Source: a virus
Virus record (IMG/VR): IMGVR_UViG_3300028800_000087
Span: 5,828 to 69,827 of that record
Strand: one strand, 5' to 3'
DNA length: 64,000 nucleotides
Below, piece after piece: positions 9,656 through 18,471 of the stretch. A model generated the notes under the pieces. The model ran no database searches. It saw only the letters and a list, made by a program, of their open reading frames with translations, and was not told the origin of the DNA. The translations under genes and the position numbers were made by a program. Numbering within the stretch: position 1 is the stretch's first letter; the number at the start of each line of letters is the position of its first letter.

Positions 9656-9901
9656 CTATATCCTGCTGCCGGCCGGGCTATGCTGCGCGGCGTTGATGTC
9701 ATGCATCTTCTTCATGACACAAAGGGGATTGCAGAAGTGCATGGGACCGACAAAGGTGGCGGTCGGTTGCGGGGAGGTATCAGGGCTGGATGTCCGATCG
9801 CGCCGCATCCATTCAAAGTTAACGACAATGCGGCCCCGCTGGACTGGGGCCGTTGTCAGGTCAGCTTGGCAGGCATCGCAAATGTAACTAGTCGTCTGCA
9901 T
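9656..9901 (-). CDS. Small Cys-rich hypothetical protein
   Basis: MQTTSYICDAC...HFCNPLC, 81 aa. Confidence 0.6.
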   Translation of the reverse strand: MQTTSYICDACQADLTTAPVQRGRIVVNFEWMRRDRTSSPDTSPQPTATFVGPMHFCNPLCVMKKMHDINAAQHSPAGSRI

Positions 9902-10154
9902 GGGCTGCAATCCAGTTTTGAATATTGCGTGCGGCGTCGATGTAGGCAGTGCTGGGGGTCTTGGTGACCTCCTGGCCGGGCCGATAGGTTGCCCAAATGC
10001 GCTGCCGCAAGGCCAGGGGCAGCTTATACCAGTGCTTGCGACAGCCCCACATGGCCGCTGGCACGATCTGGCTGCAACCCGGCCAATGGCACGTGTGCTT
10101 GCCGTCACCGGGCTGGGCGCGAACGTAAGCGGCTTTATCGGCTATGGTTGGCAT
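9888..10154 (-). CDS. Small Cys/His phage protein
   Basis: HTCHWPGC...AMWGCRKHWYKLP...IWATYRPGQE motif. Confidence 0.75.
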   Translation of the reverse strand: MPTIADKAAYVRAQPGDGKHTCHWPGCSQIVPAAMWGCRKHWYKLPLALRQRIWATYRPGQEVTKTPSTAYIDAARNIQNWIAAHADD

Positions 10155-10282
10155 CAGATTGGGAGCTCCTAGGGTTGAGACCAACCTATACGATCATGCT
10201 ATCCCCGCGCCGGACCAACCAAGGGAAAAACGGCGCGGGGATCGCTGACCAGGGACGGACCGGGTTCCTGCTCAACCCGTCC

Positions 10283-10387
10283 CTAATTCCATGGCGGACG
10301 GCGCAACAGCCGATCCAGGCAGATCGCACCAAGGAAGACGCACTGGATGAGGTTGAAGCCAATAATGGCATATTGGTATGGAGTCAT
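10283..10387 (-). CDS. 34-aa membrane peptide (not in ORF track)
   Basis: MTPYQYAIIGFNLIQCVFLGAICLDRLLRRPPWN; ATGA-coupled to the upstream gene. Confidence 0.5.
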   Translation of the reverse strand: MTPYQYAIIGFNLIQCVFLGAICLDRLLRRPPWN

Positions 10388-10554
10388 TGCAACAGATCAT
10401 CCAGCTTGCCGTGCCGCCGCTCTGCTTCTGCAACAAAGTTTTCGGCCTCAACAAAGTAATCCGCATTGCTCCAACTCTTATTGCCGAATATCTTCAATCC
10501 GGTTGCAACAATGATGGAAAGCAACTTGCGGGCATCATCTTTCTTCTGGGTCAT
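10384..10554 (-). CDS. Hypothetical protein, 56 aa
   Basis: MTQKKDDARKLLSII...; AGGAG RBS. Confidence 0.6.
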   Translation of the reverse strand: MTQKKDDARKLLSIIVATGLKIFGNKSWSNADYFVEAENFVAEAERRHGKLDDLLQ

Positions 10555-10641
10555 CGCGCCATCGCTCCTATGCGAATGATGGAAAGCAACTCTTGCGGGC
10601 ATCATCTTTCTTCTGGGTCATCTCGCCATCGCTCCTATGCG
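10510..10641. repeat. Tandem duplication, 65 bp + 67 bp
   Basis: aatgatggaaagcaac(tc)ttgcgggcatcatctttcttctgggtcatc(g/t)cgccatcgctcctatgcg occurs twice head-to-tail. Confidence 0.95.
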
Positions 10642-12120
10642 GGACCAAAGGCTTGTCCCGCCATCATATACAATGCCAAAGGCGCGCGAGCAGGCATCGA
10701 TCTGATCCATGGTGACGCCTACCGGGAAGGCGCGCGCCTCCTCAATGAACGGGGCGTTCCAATCGCCAGCAACCATCATAACGTTGCCCACATTGACCTG
10801 GGATGCAAAGGGGCCAGCGCGCGTTGCTTTGTCGCCGGTCTCGGGGCTGCTATCGACGGTAAAGCCTGACAGCATCTTGACGAACACTTCAACCTGGAAT
10901 TTGCCGGCCTGCCCTGGGTCCTGCGGGATGCTGATGCGAACCCCATGCCCATCCAGCTTGGCAGTATTCTCAAGGTTCCTGGTAAGCTCTTCAGGCGCCC
11001 AACGCTGGCGGATCATATGACCAATGATGTATTTGCCGTCCATCGTCTTGCCAATCTTGGCGCCAGCGCTGTAAGCCTGATTAAGCGTCCCCTGATCCTT
11101 GGTGGCGGCAAAGTCCCAACCGCGTCCCCATTGCACGCCTACCGGGATTTCAGATGGCGGGATGATGCGATCGATAAGGTTCTGCACCTTGAAGATCGAC
11201 CCCTCAGCCGGCTTGGGGTCCTGCTGATAAAGGCTGGCCCACTCAAGCGCTGCGCCTGATGTCTCCAACTCCTTTTGAATGGCGCGGAGCGATGCGCCAT
11301 AGCCGTAATCGTCATCGTCCCATAGCAGATCACCAGGGGCGCGGCCTAGTGGATCATCGAGGCCCGTCGCAATGGCAGGCAGGCAGATGACCTTCCAGCG
11401 GCCGGGCTGATATTTAAGCAAGCGACCAGCCAGATCATCTTCATGCCAGCGCGTATGCATGAGAACCAAGCGGCCCTCGGGCTTTAATCGACGCGCCAGA
11501 TCGCCGTGGAACCAACGCCAGACCTTGTTTCTAAAGTTCTCACGATCCGCTTCGTCACGCTTGGGCACCGGGTCATCGATGATGGCCAGATCAGCGCGGA
11601 AGCCTGCAATGCCACTATCAACACCAGCAGCAAGATAATCGCATCCCTGGTAGGTCTTATCGGTCCCATCGGGTTGCTTGATCACCTTCTCTGTTGTGCG
11701 CCAGCGGCCAGTATTCTCGGTCTTGAGTTGCAGATCGAGAAACTGTTCATACTCTTGAATATAGCGGATCGCGTAGCTGCTGTTCTCGAGCGCAAAGTCA
11801 ACCTTGTGGGATGCGCCGATGATCGACCAGCCGGGCTTGCGCTGCATGATCCAGGGTATCGACAGGCGGCTGACATAGGTGGTCTTTGCTGACCCAGGCG
11901 GGGCAAAGATCATCACGCGTTGCCCTGGGGGACCATCTACAATGTTCTGGATGGCCTCGCAGATCAGTTGGTGATGCTTGCGCGGTCCCCAGCCATAGGG
12001 GCGCAGCGCATGCTTGCACCAAGCTGTATAACTATCGAGGCAGTCGCGTCGCCAGCGCTCGCGATGTAGCGACAGTATCCTGCGCTTCTTTGAGCCAGTT
12101 GAGTTCAGAGTCGAGCTCAT
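10618..12120 (-). CDS. terL: Terminase large subunit
   Basis: APPGSAKT Walker A, IIDDP Walker B, TRWHEDDLAG, WDFAAT and DQIDA nuclease motifs. Confidence 0.95.
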   Translation of the reverse strand: MSSTLNSTGSKKRRILSLHRERWRRDCLDSYTAWCKHALRPYGWGPRKHHQLICEAIQNIVDGPPGQRVMIFAPPGSAKTTYVSRLSIPWIMQRKPGWSIIGASHKVDFALENSSYAIRYIQEYEQFLDLQLKTENTGRWRTTEKVIKQPDGTDKTYQGCDYLAAGVDSGIAGFRADLAIIDDPVPKRDEADRENFRNKVWRWFHGDLARRLKPEGRLVLMHTRWHEDDLAGRLLKYQPGRWKVICLPAIATGLDDPLGRAPGDLLWDDDDYGYGASLRAIQKELETSGAALEWASLYQQDPKPAEGSIFKVQNLIDRIIPPSEIPVGVQWGRGWDFAATKDQGTLNQAYSAGAKIGKTMDGKYIIGHMIRQRWAPEELTRNLENTAKLDGHGVRISIPQDPGQAGKFQVEVFVKMLSGFTVDSSPETGDKATRAGPFASQVNVGNVMMVAGDWNAPFIEEARAFPVGVTMDQIDACSRAFGIVYDGGTSLWSRIGAMAR

Positions 12121-12568
12121 CGTCAGTCAGTTCCGCCGCTTCTTTCTGCTCATTGGGATTATCTGCTGGCGCCTCCTTGGGGATCACCCAACCGGCATGA
12201 ATTGCCATCCACCACATCAGGACCTTGGTATCGCCCTTGATGATCGCCTGCTGACAGAACTTGGCATTGCAGGCGATGGCGATGGCGTGACCATCATCCA
12301 GCACATCTTGGAGATACTTATGCAGAGTGGCAATGCTGGTCCCGATCAGGCGCGCAATGTGGATATGCGGGACGCCAAGGCCAGCAAGCTCCCGCGTCAG
12401 GTTGACCTGTTGCTCGCTGGGAACAAATGGCTTCTGATGCATCTCATTCCCACGCTGATGCCAGTTGCCTTCATACCAATAGCCGCCTGGATCATCGTTG
12501 TCCGGCGGCGGCTGGGAGGCTTGGTGCTTGGGGTCAAGCTTGTCAGGATCGATGTGGACTTTCGGCAT
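12032..12568 (-). CDS. Terminase small subunit (putative)
   Basis: HTH-like IARLIGTSIATLHKY; immediately upstream of and overlapping terL. Confidence 0.75.
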   Translation of the reverse strand: MPKVHIDPDKLDPKHQASQPPPDNDDPGGYWYEGNWHQRGNEMHQKPFVPSEQQVNLTRELAGLGVPHIHIARLIGTSIATLHKYLQDVLDDGHAIAIACNAKFCQQAIIKGDTKVLMWWMAIHAGWVIPKEAPADNPNEQKEAAELTDDELDSELNWLKEAQDTVATSRALATRLPR

Positions 12569-13193
12569 TAGGAACCAGTTCCAGGTCTTTCAGATAGAAC
12601 TCAATGGGGCTATCGCGGCCAAATATTTTGATCACAACCTCTGCGCGCTCGGCATCTGACCAGTTAACCAAGGCGCCGCGATCATCAACCAACCTACTTA
12701 ACGGATGATCATCGCGCACCCGCACATGGCAACCGGCATCGATCACCGGTATGGGGGCGGCCAGGGCGATGCTGGGCAGGTTGCGCGGGATGCCCCGCTG
12801 CCTGACATCCAGGTTGGCCGCGACCTGCTGCAAGGTAGCGATGGCGGCTGATCCGGCCGGGCTGGGCATATCATAGTCGGCGAGGTGCGGTCGATGCAGC
12901 AACAGGTGCGAGATGCCGGCTGTCCACCTGATCTGCGGCCACTTGCTGGGATCATCCAGATGCACAAACACGTAGCGATGAAACAGCAGCTTGGCGACCA
13001 GATGATAGTGGGTGGCCTTGTCGCATTTCAGATAGACCGGCAGCATGCAGGGGATGCCGCGTTGTATCAATCGCTGCCTGACCTGCCACTCCTGGTTGTT
13101 ATGCACAACCGCACAATACCATGTTGGGAGCAGCTTATTGAGGTCGGCTTTGAAACGCGGCATCGGCAAAGGTCCTATGAATTGCTGCCGCAA
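12543..13193 (-). CDS. NusG-family transcription antitermination protein
   Basis: WYCAV...N.EWQV, LFHRYVFV and IRWTAGISHLL NGN motifs; KOW-like C-terminus IFGRDSPIEF...LE. Confidence 0.82.
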   Translation of the reverse strand: MRQQFIGPLPMPRFKADLNKLLPTWYCAVVHNNQEWQVRQRLIQRGIPCMLPVYLKCDKATHYHLVAKLLFHRYVFVHLDDPSKWPQIRWTAGISHLLLHRPHLADYDMPSPAGSAAIATLQQVAANLDVRQRGIPRNLPSIALAAPIPVIDAGCHVRVRDDHPLSRLVDDRGALVNWSDAERAEVVIKIFGRDSPIEFYLKDLELVPNAESPHRS

Positions 13194-13234
13194 GGGCAGC
13201 CGGGTTTGCCGGCGCTTACAAGGTCAAGGCGCCG

Positions 13235-13264
13235 GGTATAACATCCGCGCGATCGATTTGGCAA
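13235..13264 (-). promoter_or_regulatory. Sigma70-type promoter for the nusG-terminase operon
   Basis: Minus strand TTGCCA-N18-TATACC with TG extension. Confidence 0.5.
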
Positions 13265-13283
13265 GCCTCTTATTTGCAGGCGC

Positions 13284-13691
13284 CTAGCGGGGCGGTAAAC
13301 CCTTGCGCAAAGCAGGATGCAGAAAGGTCATATCATTAGGATCGCGGCGGGGATCATCTCCGGGATGCGCATCAGTTGGCGTCGTCGCCTTTACCAACGC
13401 CACGTAGGCATCAATCAACTCTTGGAACGCGGTCTCCTTGGTCAAGCTCTCATGCAACCATAATAGGGTCAGCGCCTCATCACTGGTCTGCCAGTAAACG
13501 CGCCGATAGGCATGGCGCCCCACCATGCCTGCAATCATTTGCAGGTCTTCCGCGTGGGTTGGGAACAACCGATCCAGTCCAGCTCGGGCTGGGATCGCCT
13601 CCTGATGAATGAACACCTCAAAGCTAATGGCATGCTTGGGCGGCGGCTGACCTGCCAGCGGACCACCTATGCATATGCTGACCTGCTTCAT
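13284..13691 (-). CDS. Hypothetical protein
   Basis: MKQVSICIGGPLAG...; ATGA overlap; GGAGG RBS. Confidence 0.6.
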   Translation of the reverse strand: MKQVSICIGGPLAGQPPPKHAISFEVFIHQEAIPARAGLDRLFPTHAEDLQMIAGMVGRHAYRRVYWQTSDEALTLLWLHESLTKETAFQELIDAYVALVKATTPTDAHPGDDPRRDPNDMTFLHPALRKGLPPR

Positions 13692-13999
13692 GGATATGAC
13701 CTCCCAGCGCATCCATCCTTGCAGAACTGGGGATGCGCGCAACCGTTGAGTGGATATAGGGAGCAGCTAGGTCCGCTTGGTTGGATAAATGTTCTGTCTC
13801 TGTCTCCCCATGCATAGACCCGGCATGTCCCAACAGGCGCCACGTAGTTGATGACCGGCTGGCGACCATGCAACGGCATCCCATGGAACACATGCAGGTA
13901 GGCGCGGGTATGGGGATAGCGCTGGCCATCCCGTTGCAATCGATAACCCAACCGACGGCATCGATATGCGAGAAACAATTGTTTTATCGCGGCAAACAT
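13688..13999 (-). CDS. Hypothetical protein
   Basis: 103 aa; AAGGA RBS. Confidence 0.55.
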   Translation of the reverse strand: MFAAIKQLFLAYRCRRLGYRLQRDGQRYPHTRAYLHVFHGMPLHGRQPVINYVAPVGTCRVYAWGDRDRTFIQPSGPSCSLYPLNGCAHPQFCKDGCAGRSYP

Positions 14000-14034
14000 T
14001 GGTTAATCCTTATGAAAGGTTTTATCTACCTACG

Positions 14035-14487
14035 CTAGTTGTGGAAACTAGGACTGTCATTGGGGCGCGGCTTGGGTGGGGGTAGCGAGGCGCGCGGCAT
14101 CCTTGATCTTATCTTCATCAGCAGCCATGGCTTGCGCCATTTGAAAGCATTGGCAATGCGCCACTCTAGGAACTTCTCGGCGAGGCGCGCGGCATCCTTG
14201 ATCTTATCTTCATCAGCAGCCAGTTTCTCGGGCTGGGTGCGTTCCAAGCGCGCATAACGATAACGTCCCCACCTACGCAAGGTACTCGGGGCATCGGGGT
14301 CGCGAGCAAGTAGAACAAAGAACGGCTCGCCATCGATGCGGGAGGCTAGGCATGGATTGCTTAGCAGGTCGATCAGTTGGCTGAGCATGTCGCGAGCAAG
14401 GTTGGCGTCCTGCGCTGTTATTGGGTCACCAAGCACCCAGGCGCGGAGCGCATCCCGGACTTTACTGATCTGTTCAACATCAAACAT
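14035..14487 (-). CDS. Hypothetical phage protein
   Basis: AAGGAG RBS before MFDVEQ; GEPFFVLLARDP.AP motif. Confidence 0.7.
   Translation of the reverse strand: MFDVEQISKVRDALRAWVLGDPITAQDANLARDMLSQLIDLLSNPCLASRIDGEPFFVLLARDPDAPSTLRRWGRYRYARLERTQPEKLAADEDKIKDAARLAEKFLEWRIANAFKWRKPWLLMKIRSRMPRASLPPPKPRPNDSPSFHN
14085..14222. repeat. Perfect 43-bp direct repeat (14085-14127 and 14180-14222)
   Basis: gcgaggcgcgcggcatccttgatcttatcttcatcagcagcca occurs twice. Confidence 0.95.
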
Positions 14488-14789
14488 GGTTTTCAAACTC
14501 CTTGGGTGGATTGACGCTAGCATGCATATACCTGGCAGCCAAAAGGCAACGATGGCACCGGAGCACTTGCGGAGGTGACATCTGCGGCGCGACAGCGCCG
14601 CCAATGCTGGCATGTTGTTTTCAATCTGTCGATTATTTCGGTTTAATACTCCTAACTTTGGCATACTAACATCGCCTCCCCCCTAACACCATCCCCCTTT
14701 AGGGGGGTGGTTAGGGGATTTTATATCGCGCGCGCGAGGGCAGCGGGCGGGTATAGATTGGCAGGATGTTTGAATAGGAGATACAAACC

Positions 14790-14999
14790 ATGCTGACCCT
14801 GGCCACCAGTTGCATGTGCCGGTTACAGGAAGGGATCGACAAGGCTGAGGGGGACTTCTGCCTTGTCAGGGCGTCCGATCTGCGCGGACTGATTGAGGAA
14901 TATCTGCAAGCGGTATCGGTGGTCAACGCGATCAGCGTATATGGCGCTGGTGAGGCTTGGTCGTTGAAGGCGGCGCGCAAGAGGAGATTTGAACGATGA
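14790..14999 (+). CDS. Hypothetical protein, first gene of the rightward arm
   Basis: 69 aa; AGGAG RBS. Confidence 0.6.
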   Translation: MLTLATSCMCRLQEGIDKAEGDFCLVRASDLRGLIEEYLQAVSVVNAISVYGAGEAWSLKAARKRRFER

Positions 15000-15108
15000 T
15001 TGTAAGGGATTGGATTGCCGCTGGCTTGGTCAGGCTGGCGATCCTGTTGAGCAAGGAGCGCGATCGCAATCTGTTTCTTGCTCAGTTTGTGCAACTGCGG
15101 GGGCTCTG

Positions 15109-15504
15109 ATGACGCCGGAGCAACTGATCGGGATTGTAGAGGCGCGCATCCGGCATGCCAAGTCCATCAGCACCTCGCATGGCTTACAGCCGGTGGTCCT
15201 AGCACAGAATGATGTCACCGCGATGGTCGATCATTACAAACAAATGATGGACTATGCGCGCGGTCTGGCGGGCAGGTTGGAACAGGCGCTTGCGTCACCT
15301 TGGCATTATCCAACCGAGAACAAGCCCGATATCGATCGATTTGTGATCGTTGAATGGGTGCAGGATCAGATCGGGACGCGGACGCCTGGGGTGCCGCCGC
15401 GTATGGAGCTGATGATGATGGGCCAGGTCATGCTTGAGAACTGGGAGGATCGATCCAACTGGATCAAGCGTTGGTGTTATTGCCCCATGCCAGGAGAAGG
15501 TTGA
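15109..15504 (+). CDS. Hypothetical protein
   Basis: MTPEQLIG...; PWHYPTENKP and WCYCPMP segments resemble DUF551-type phage proteins. Confidence 0.6.
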   Translation: MTPEQLIGIVEARIRHAKSISTSHGLQPVVLAQNDVTAMVDHYKQMMDYARGLAGRLEQALASPWHYPTENKPDIDRFVIVEWVQDQIGTRTPGVPPRMELMMMGQVMLENWEDRSNWIKRWCYCPMPGEG

Positions 15505-15692
15505 TGTCTGAACATCGCAAACCTGAAACCACCGCCGCCGCGCCGTTTCCGGACAAACTGACAATTCGACGCGTCGCGAACGGCTGGATAATTCAGCCGG
15601 GGCCGGGCGGTGACGAATACACGCACATCGCGGCGACGCCAGACGATCTAGCGAAACACGTCAACCTATGGGCAAAGGCGCAGTTGAAATGA
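15504..15692 (+). CDS. Hypothetical protein
   Basis: TGATG coupling; IRRVANGWII motif. Confidence 0.6.
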   Translation: MSEHRKPETTAAAPFPDKLTIRRVANGWIIQPGPGGDEYTHIAATPDDLAKHVNLWAKAQLK

Positions 15693-15898
15693 GCGATGTA
15701 AAATCCCCAACCACGCTGCCGACTTATCGTGTGCTATTCACGAACAACGACGCAGCGGATGCGCAGCAAGCCATCGTCCGCGTCATCGCTTCGGTGTGCA
15801 GCGATGGAAACTCAGATGTCAGCCGTGTGGCGCGTGATGTGGTCACATCGCTCGCTGCGGCGGGCTTTAGCATTGTAAGGATCAACCTCGATGCCTGA
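15689..15898 (+). CDS. Hypothetical protein
   Basis: ATGA coupling; 69 aa. Confidence 0.55.
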   Translation: MSDVKSPTTLPTYRVLFTNNDAADAQQAIVRVIASVCSDGNSDVSRVARDVVTSLAAAGFSIVRINLDA

Positions 15899-16061
15899 AA
15901 CCACCGCGCCCGCTAGCGGCTGGGTGATCATGCTGTTCCCGAGCAGGGAGGATCGTCCGCAAGAACCGGATGCGCCGCCAGAGGACTTTGATAACGTTGT
16001 CCCCTTTCCAACCGATGATGGCGCATGATTATTGCGTGCTTGCGATAACGATATTTTGCGA

Positions 16062-16090
16062 TTGCCAAATACTATGGGCTCCCATATATA
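16062..16090 (+). promoter_or_regulatory. Sigma70-type promoter
   Basis: TTGCCA-N17-TATATA, 6 nt before the ATG at 16097. Confidence 0.6.
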
Positions 16091-16096
16091 GCATTC

Positions 16097-16570
16097 ATGG
16101 ACCATGCTGCGTTCATTGCTGGGCTATCGGCTGCCGATCGGGCAGAGCTGCTTGCGCGGCTCGCGCGGGATGATGGCAAGGCGCGCGCTGGCGGCAAGGG
16201 CTATCCGGCTGACCAGCTTGAGCTTTGGGATATGCTGAACGAGGTCTGCGGCAAGCTGCCGATGCCGATGGGCGTTTTCATCAAGCAGTATGGCGTGGCC
16301 AAGTTTGCCGCCGCTGCTGCGATGCTGGATGCCTTCGTCATGGAGGCAACACCAGACTTGACGCGCAGGCCGGTTACAAGGGCCGTCAAGGCGGTCTGCC
16401 TGGAATGCATCGGGGATTATCTGCGGGGGCGGCGGATCGTCGCAGGCCCGTCTGTAATCCTTGGTATGATGTCGATCGTCAGGCAATGCGTCGATCAGGC
16501 GTTTCCGGGCTACGCGGATGCCAAGCTGTTGCATCATGTGGCGAGGGCCAGCGGCAAGCTTGCGGCCTGA
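16097..16570 (+). CDS. Hypothetical protein
   Basis: 157-aa ORF; CVDQAFPGY motif. Confidence 0.7.
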   Translation: MDHAAFIAGLSAADRAELLARLARDDGKARAGGKGYPADQLELWDMLNEVCGKLPMPMGVFIKQYGVAKFAAAAAMLDAFVMEATPDLTRRPVTRAVKAVCLECIGDYLRGRRIVAGPSVILGMMSIVRQCVDQAFPGYADAKLLHHVARASGKLAA

Positions 16571-16759
16571 GGCCGTATATCTGGGTAGGTTCCAGAAAAG
16601 GCCCGCTCTCTCATGATTCCACAATCTTGTTGCTGCCAACGTTGTCAGGATGCATGCAAAAGAAACCCAGGATGGTTTCTACCAGAGGAAGCAAGGATGG
16701 CGATCCTGGCGGGCCTTGCCCAATTTGCTAAGTTAACAAAGCAGAGGGAAAAGTTTCAT

Positions 16760-16927
16760 ATGACGACGCGTGACAGGCCGGTAGGCGCAGGCAAAGGGAA
16801 AGACCTAGAAATTTTGGCATCAGAGGCAGGGTGCCCAATTTTCAAAGTCGGAGAAACGATTGCCGTCTACGATGGGAAGACGACTCTTACGATCGTGGTT
16901 ACGAACCAAAATCTCCATAGCTTATAG
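16760..16927 (+). CDS. Hypothetical protein
   Basis: 55 aa; GAGG RBS; AT-richer segment. Confidence 0.4.
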   Translation: MTTRDRPVGAGKGKDLEILASEAGCPIFKVGETIAVYDGKTTLTIVVTNQNLHSL

Positions 16928-16934
16928 ATGCTGC

Positions 16935-17201
16935 ATGCAACGCAGATCATTCATCACGGGTCTAGTCAGCCTGGGGGCGCCGGCCATCATTCGGACCCCT
17001 GGGTTGCTTATGCCTATTTCCTCCCGGCTGTTGTCGCAAGCAGAGGCAGTCGCATGGCTTGATCAAGAGATACAAAAGGTCCTCTATAAAATGCTGGCGA
17101 CCGGCGAGGTAGTTGCTGTCCCGGAAGAGCTGGCTCGCATCATCAGCCCCATAGTCGGTATCCCCATCAGGTATCTGCGCGGCGCAGTCTGCGCGAAATG
17201 A
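16935..17201 (+). CDS. Hypothetical protein with RRxF-type N-terminus
   Basis: MQRRSFITGLVSLGAPAIIR...LMPI. Confidence 0.6.
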   Translation: MQRRSFITGLVSLGAPAIIRTPGLLMPISSRLLSQAEAVAWLDQEIQKVLYKMLATGEVVAVPEELARIISPIVGIPIRYLRGAVCAK

Positions 17202-17500
17202 CCCGTAAGATTGGTAGGTGGCGCAAGCGCAAGCTGGGCGCCAACGACAAGGCATGGCATGAGGCCATGATGGCGCAGGGCTCATATATTGGCCGCGACA
17301 ACCAGACCGGCGCCCCGGTCTTTGCGCCTTGGGACCACTTTGAACTGCTTCAGATGGCGCTGCTATCTTTCCCGCAACCTGACCTGGACCTTGGCCGCGA
17401 CATCATGGCGCCGGACTGGCGGGAAATGCGCCAAGAGGCCAAGCGGCGCAATGCGGCAATGGGCTTTATCATCTCGCGGTTGTATGGCTTGCCGCTCTGA
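17198..17500 (+). CDS. Hypothetical protein
   Basis: 100 aa; coupled on both sides. Confidence 0.6.
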   Translation: MTRKIGRWRKRKLGANDKAWHEAMMAQGSYIGRDNQTGAPVFAPWDHFELLQMALLSFPQPDLDLGRDIMAPDWREMRQEAKRRNAAMGFIISRLYGLPL

Positions 17501-18471
17501 TGCAAATAGACTGGCGCAATCTACTCAAGACGCTGAACGTCGAGTGGCGGGATCGCGGCCCCAACACATCAAACGGTAACGTGAATATATGCTGCCCGCA
17601 GTGCGGCAATGCCGACAGCGGCTTTCATCTTTCCATATCCGAGACCAAGGAAGCCTATTACTGCTATCGTCGGCCAAACGAGCATAGCGGGTCTAATTTC
17701 CGCTACCTGCTGATCGGGCTGGGCATGGATCGGATCGCTGCCGTTGAAACGCTAAATGCGTTCATGGATATGCGCGGCAACCGATCGCAGATTGAAGAGC
17801 GCGTTATCGACAAAACCAAGCTTGCCAAGCAATGGGGGTTCTTTGAGCCGGCCGATCTGTCCCACGATGTCCGCTGGTACATGCAGGATCGCGGCATAGT
17901 CGGGGAGTTGGATGCCGCCAATGTTGTAGCGGAGTTTGGTTTGCGTTACTCGCAACACGGCCAATGGTCGCGCCGCCTGCTGATCCCCTATCGCGACCCT
18001 GACGGCAAGCTGCAATCCTGGTCGGGTCGCGCCATCCGGGTTGAGATGCAGCCGCGCTATCTGACCCAGACCAGCGATGCTGGCCTGATCTATGTACCGA
18101 CCTGGGACCTTTACGGCAAGACCGACCTGATCATTGTTGAGGGACCGATCGATGCCCTCAAGATCGCCATCGCAGCCAGGGGGACCAATGTTGCCGCCGC
18201 CGCGCTGACCGGCCTCGCCATCAACCACGCCAAGCTGCTGCGGCTGCGGCGCCTATGCAATGAGTTTGATCGCGTTCATCTGACCCTGGATGGCGACGCA
18301 GATTTCATGACCAACCGCCGCATGCAAAACGAACTTGCATCGGCGCTTGGCGCTCGCTATCCTGCCAATCTTACCCTGCCCGGCCAATACAAAGACGCGG
18401 GGGAGATGTCTATTGAGGAGATTAAACGATGGCTAGGGTGCAGGTCGATCCTGACAAGATCGCGCCAGTAA
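17500..18471 (+). CDS. DNA primase (zinc finger + TOPRIM)
   Basis: CCPQC...H...YYCYR zinc-binding domain; IIVEGPIDA and LDGDA TOPRIM motifs; YKDAGEM. Confidence 0.9.
   Translation: MQIDWRNLLKTLNVEWRDRGPNTSNGNVNICCPQCGNADSGFHLSISETKEAYYCYRRPNEHSGSNFRYLLIGLGMDRIAAVETLNAFMDMRGNRSQIEERVIDKTKLAKQWGFFEPADLSHDVRWYMQDRGIVGELDAANVVAEFGLRYSQHGQWSRRLLIPYRDPDGKLQSWSGRAIRVEMQPRYLTQTSDAGLIYVPTWDLYGKTDLIIVEGPIDALKIAIAARGTNVAAAALTGLAINHAKLLRLRRLCNEFDRVHLTLDGDADFMTNRRMQNELASALGARYPANLTLPGQYKDAGEMSIEEIKRWLGCRSILTRSRQ

Noticed and set aside
14085-14222. Repeats as a possible diversity-generating retroelement or att site
   Set aside because: No reverse transcriptase or integrase in the window and no adenine-specific mismatches
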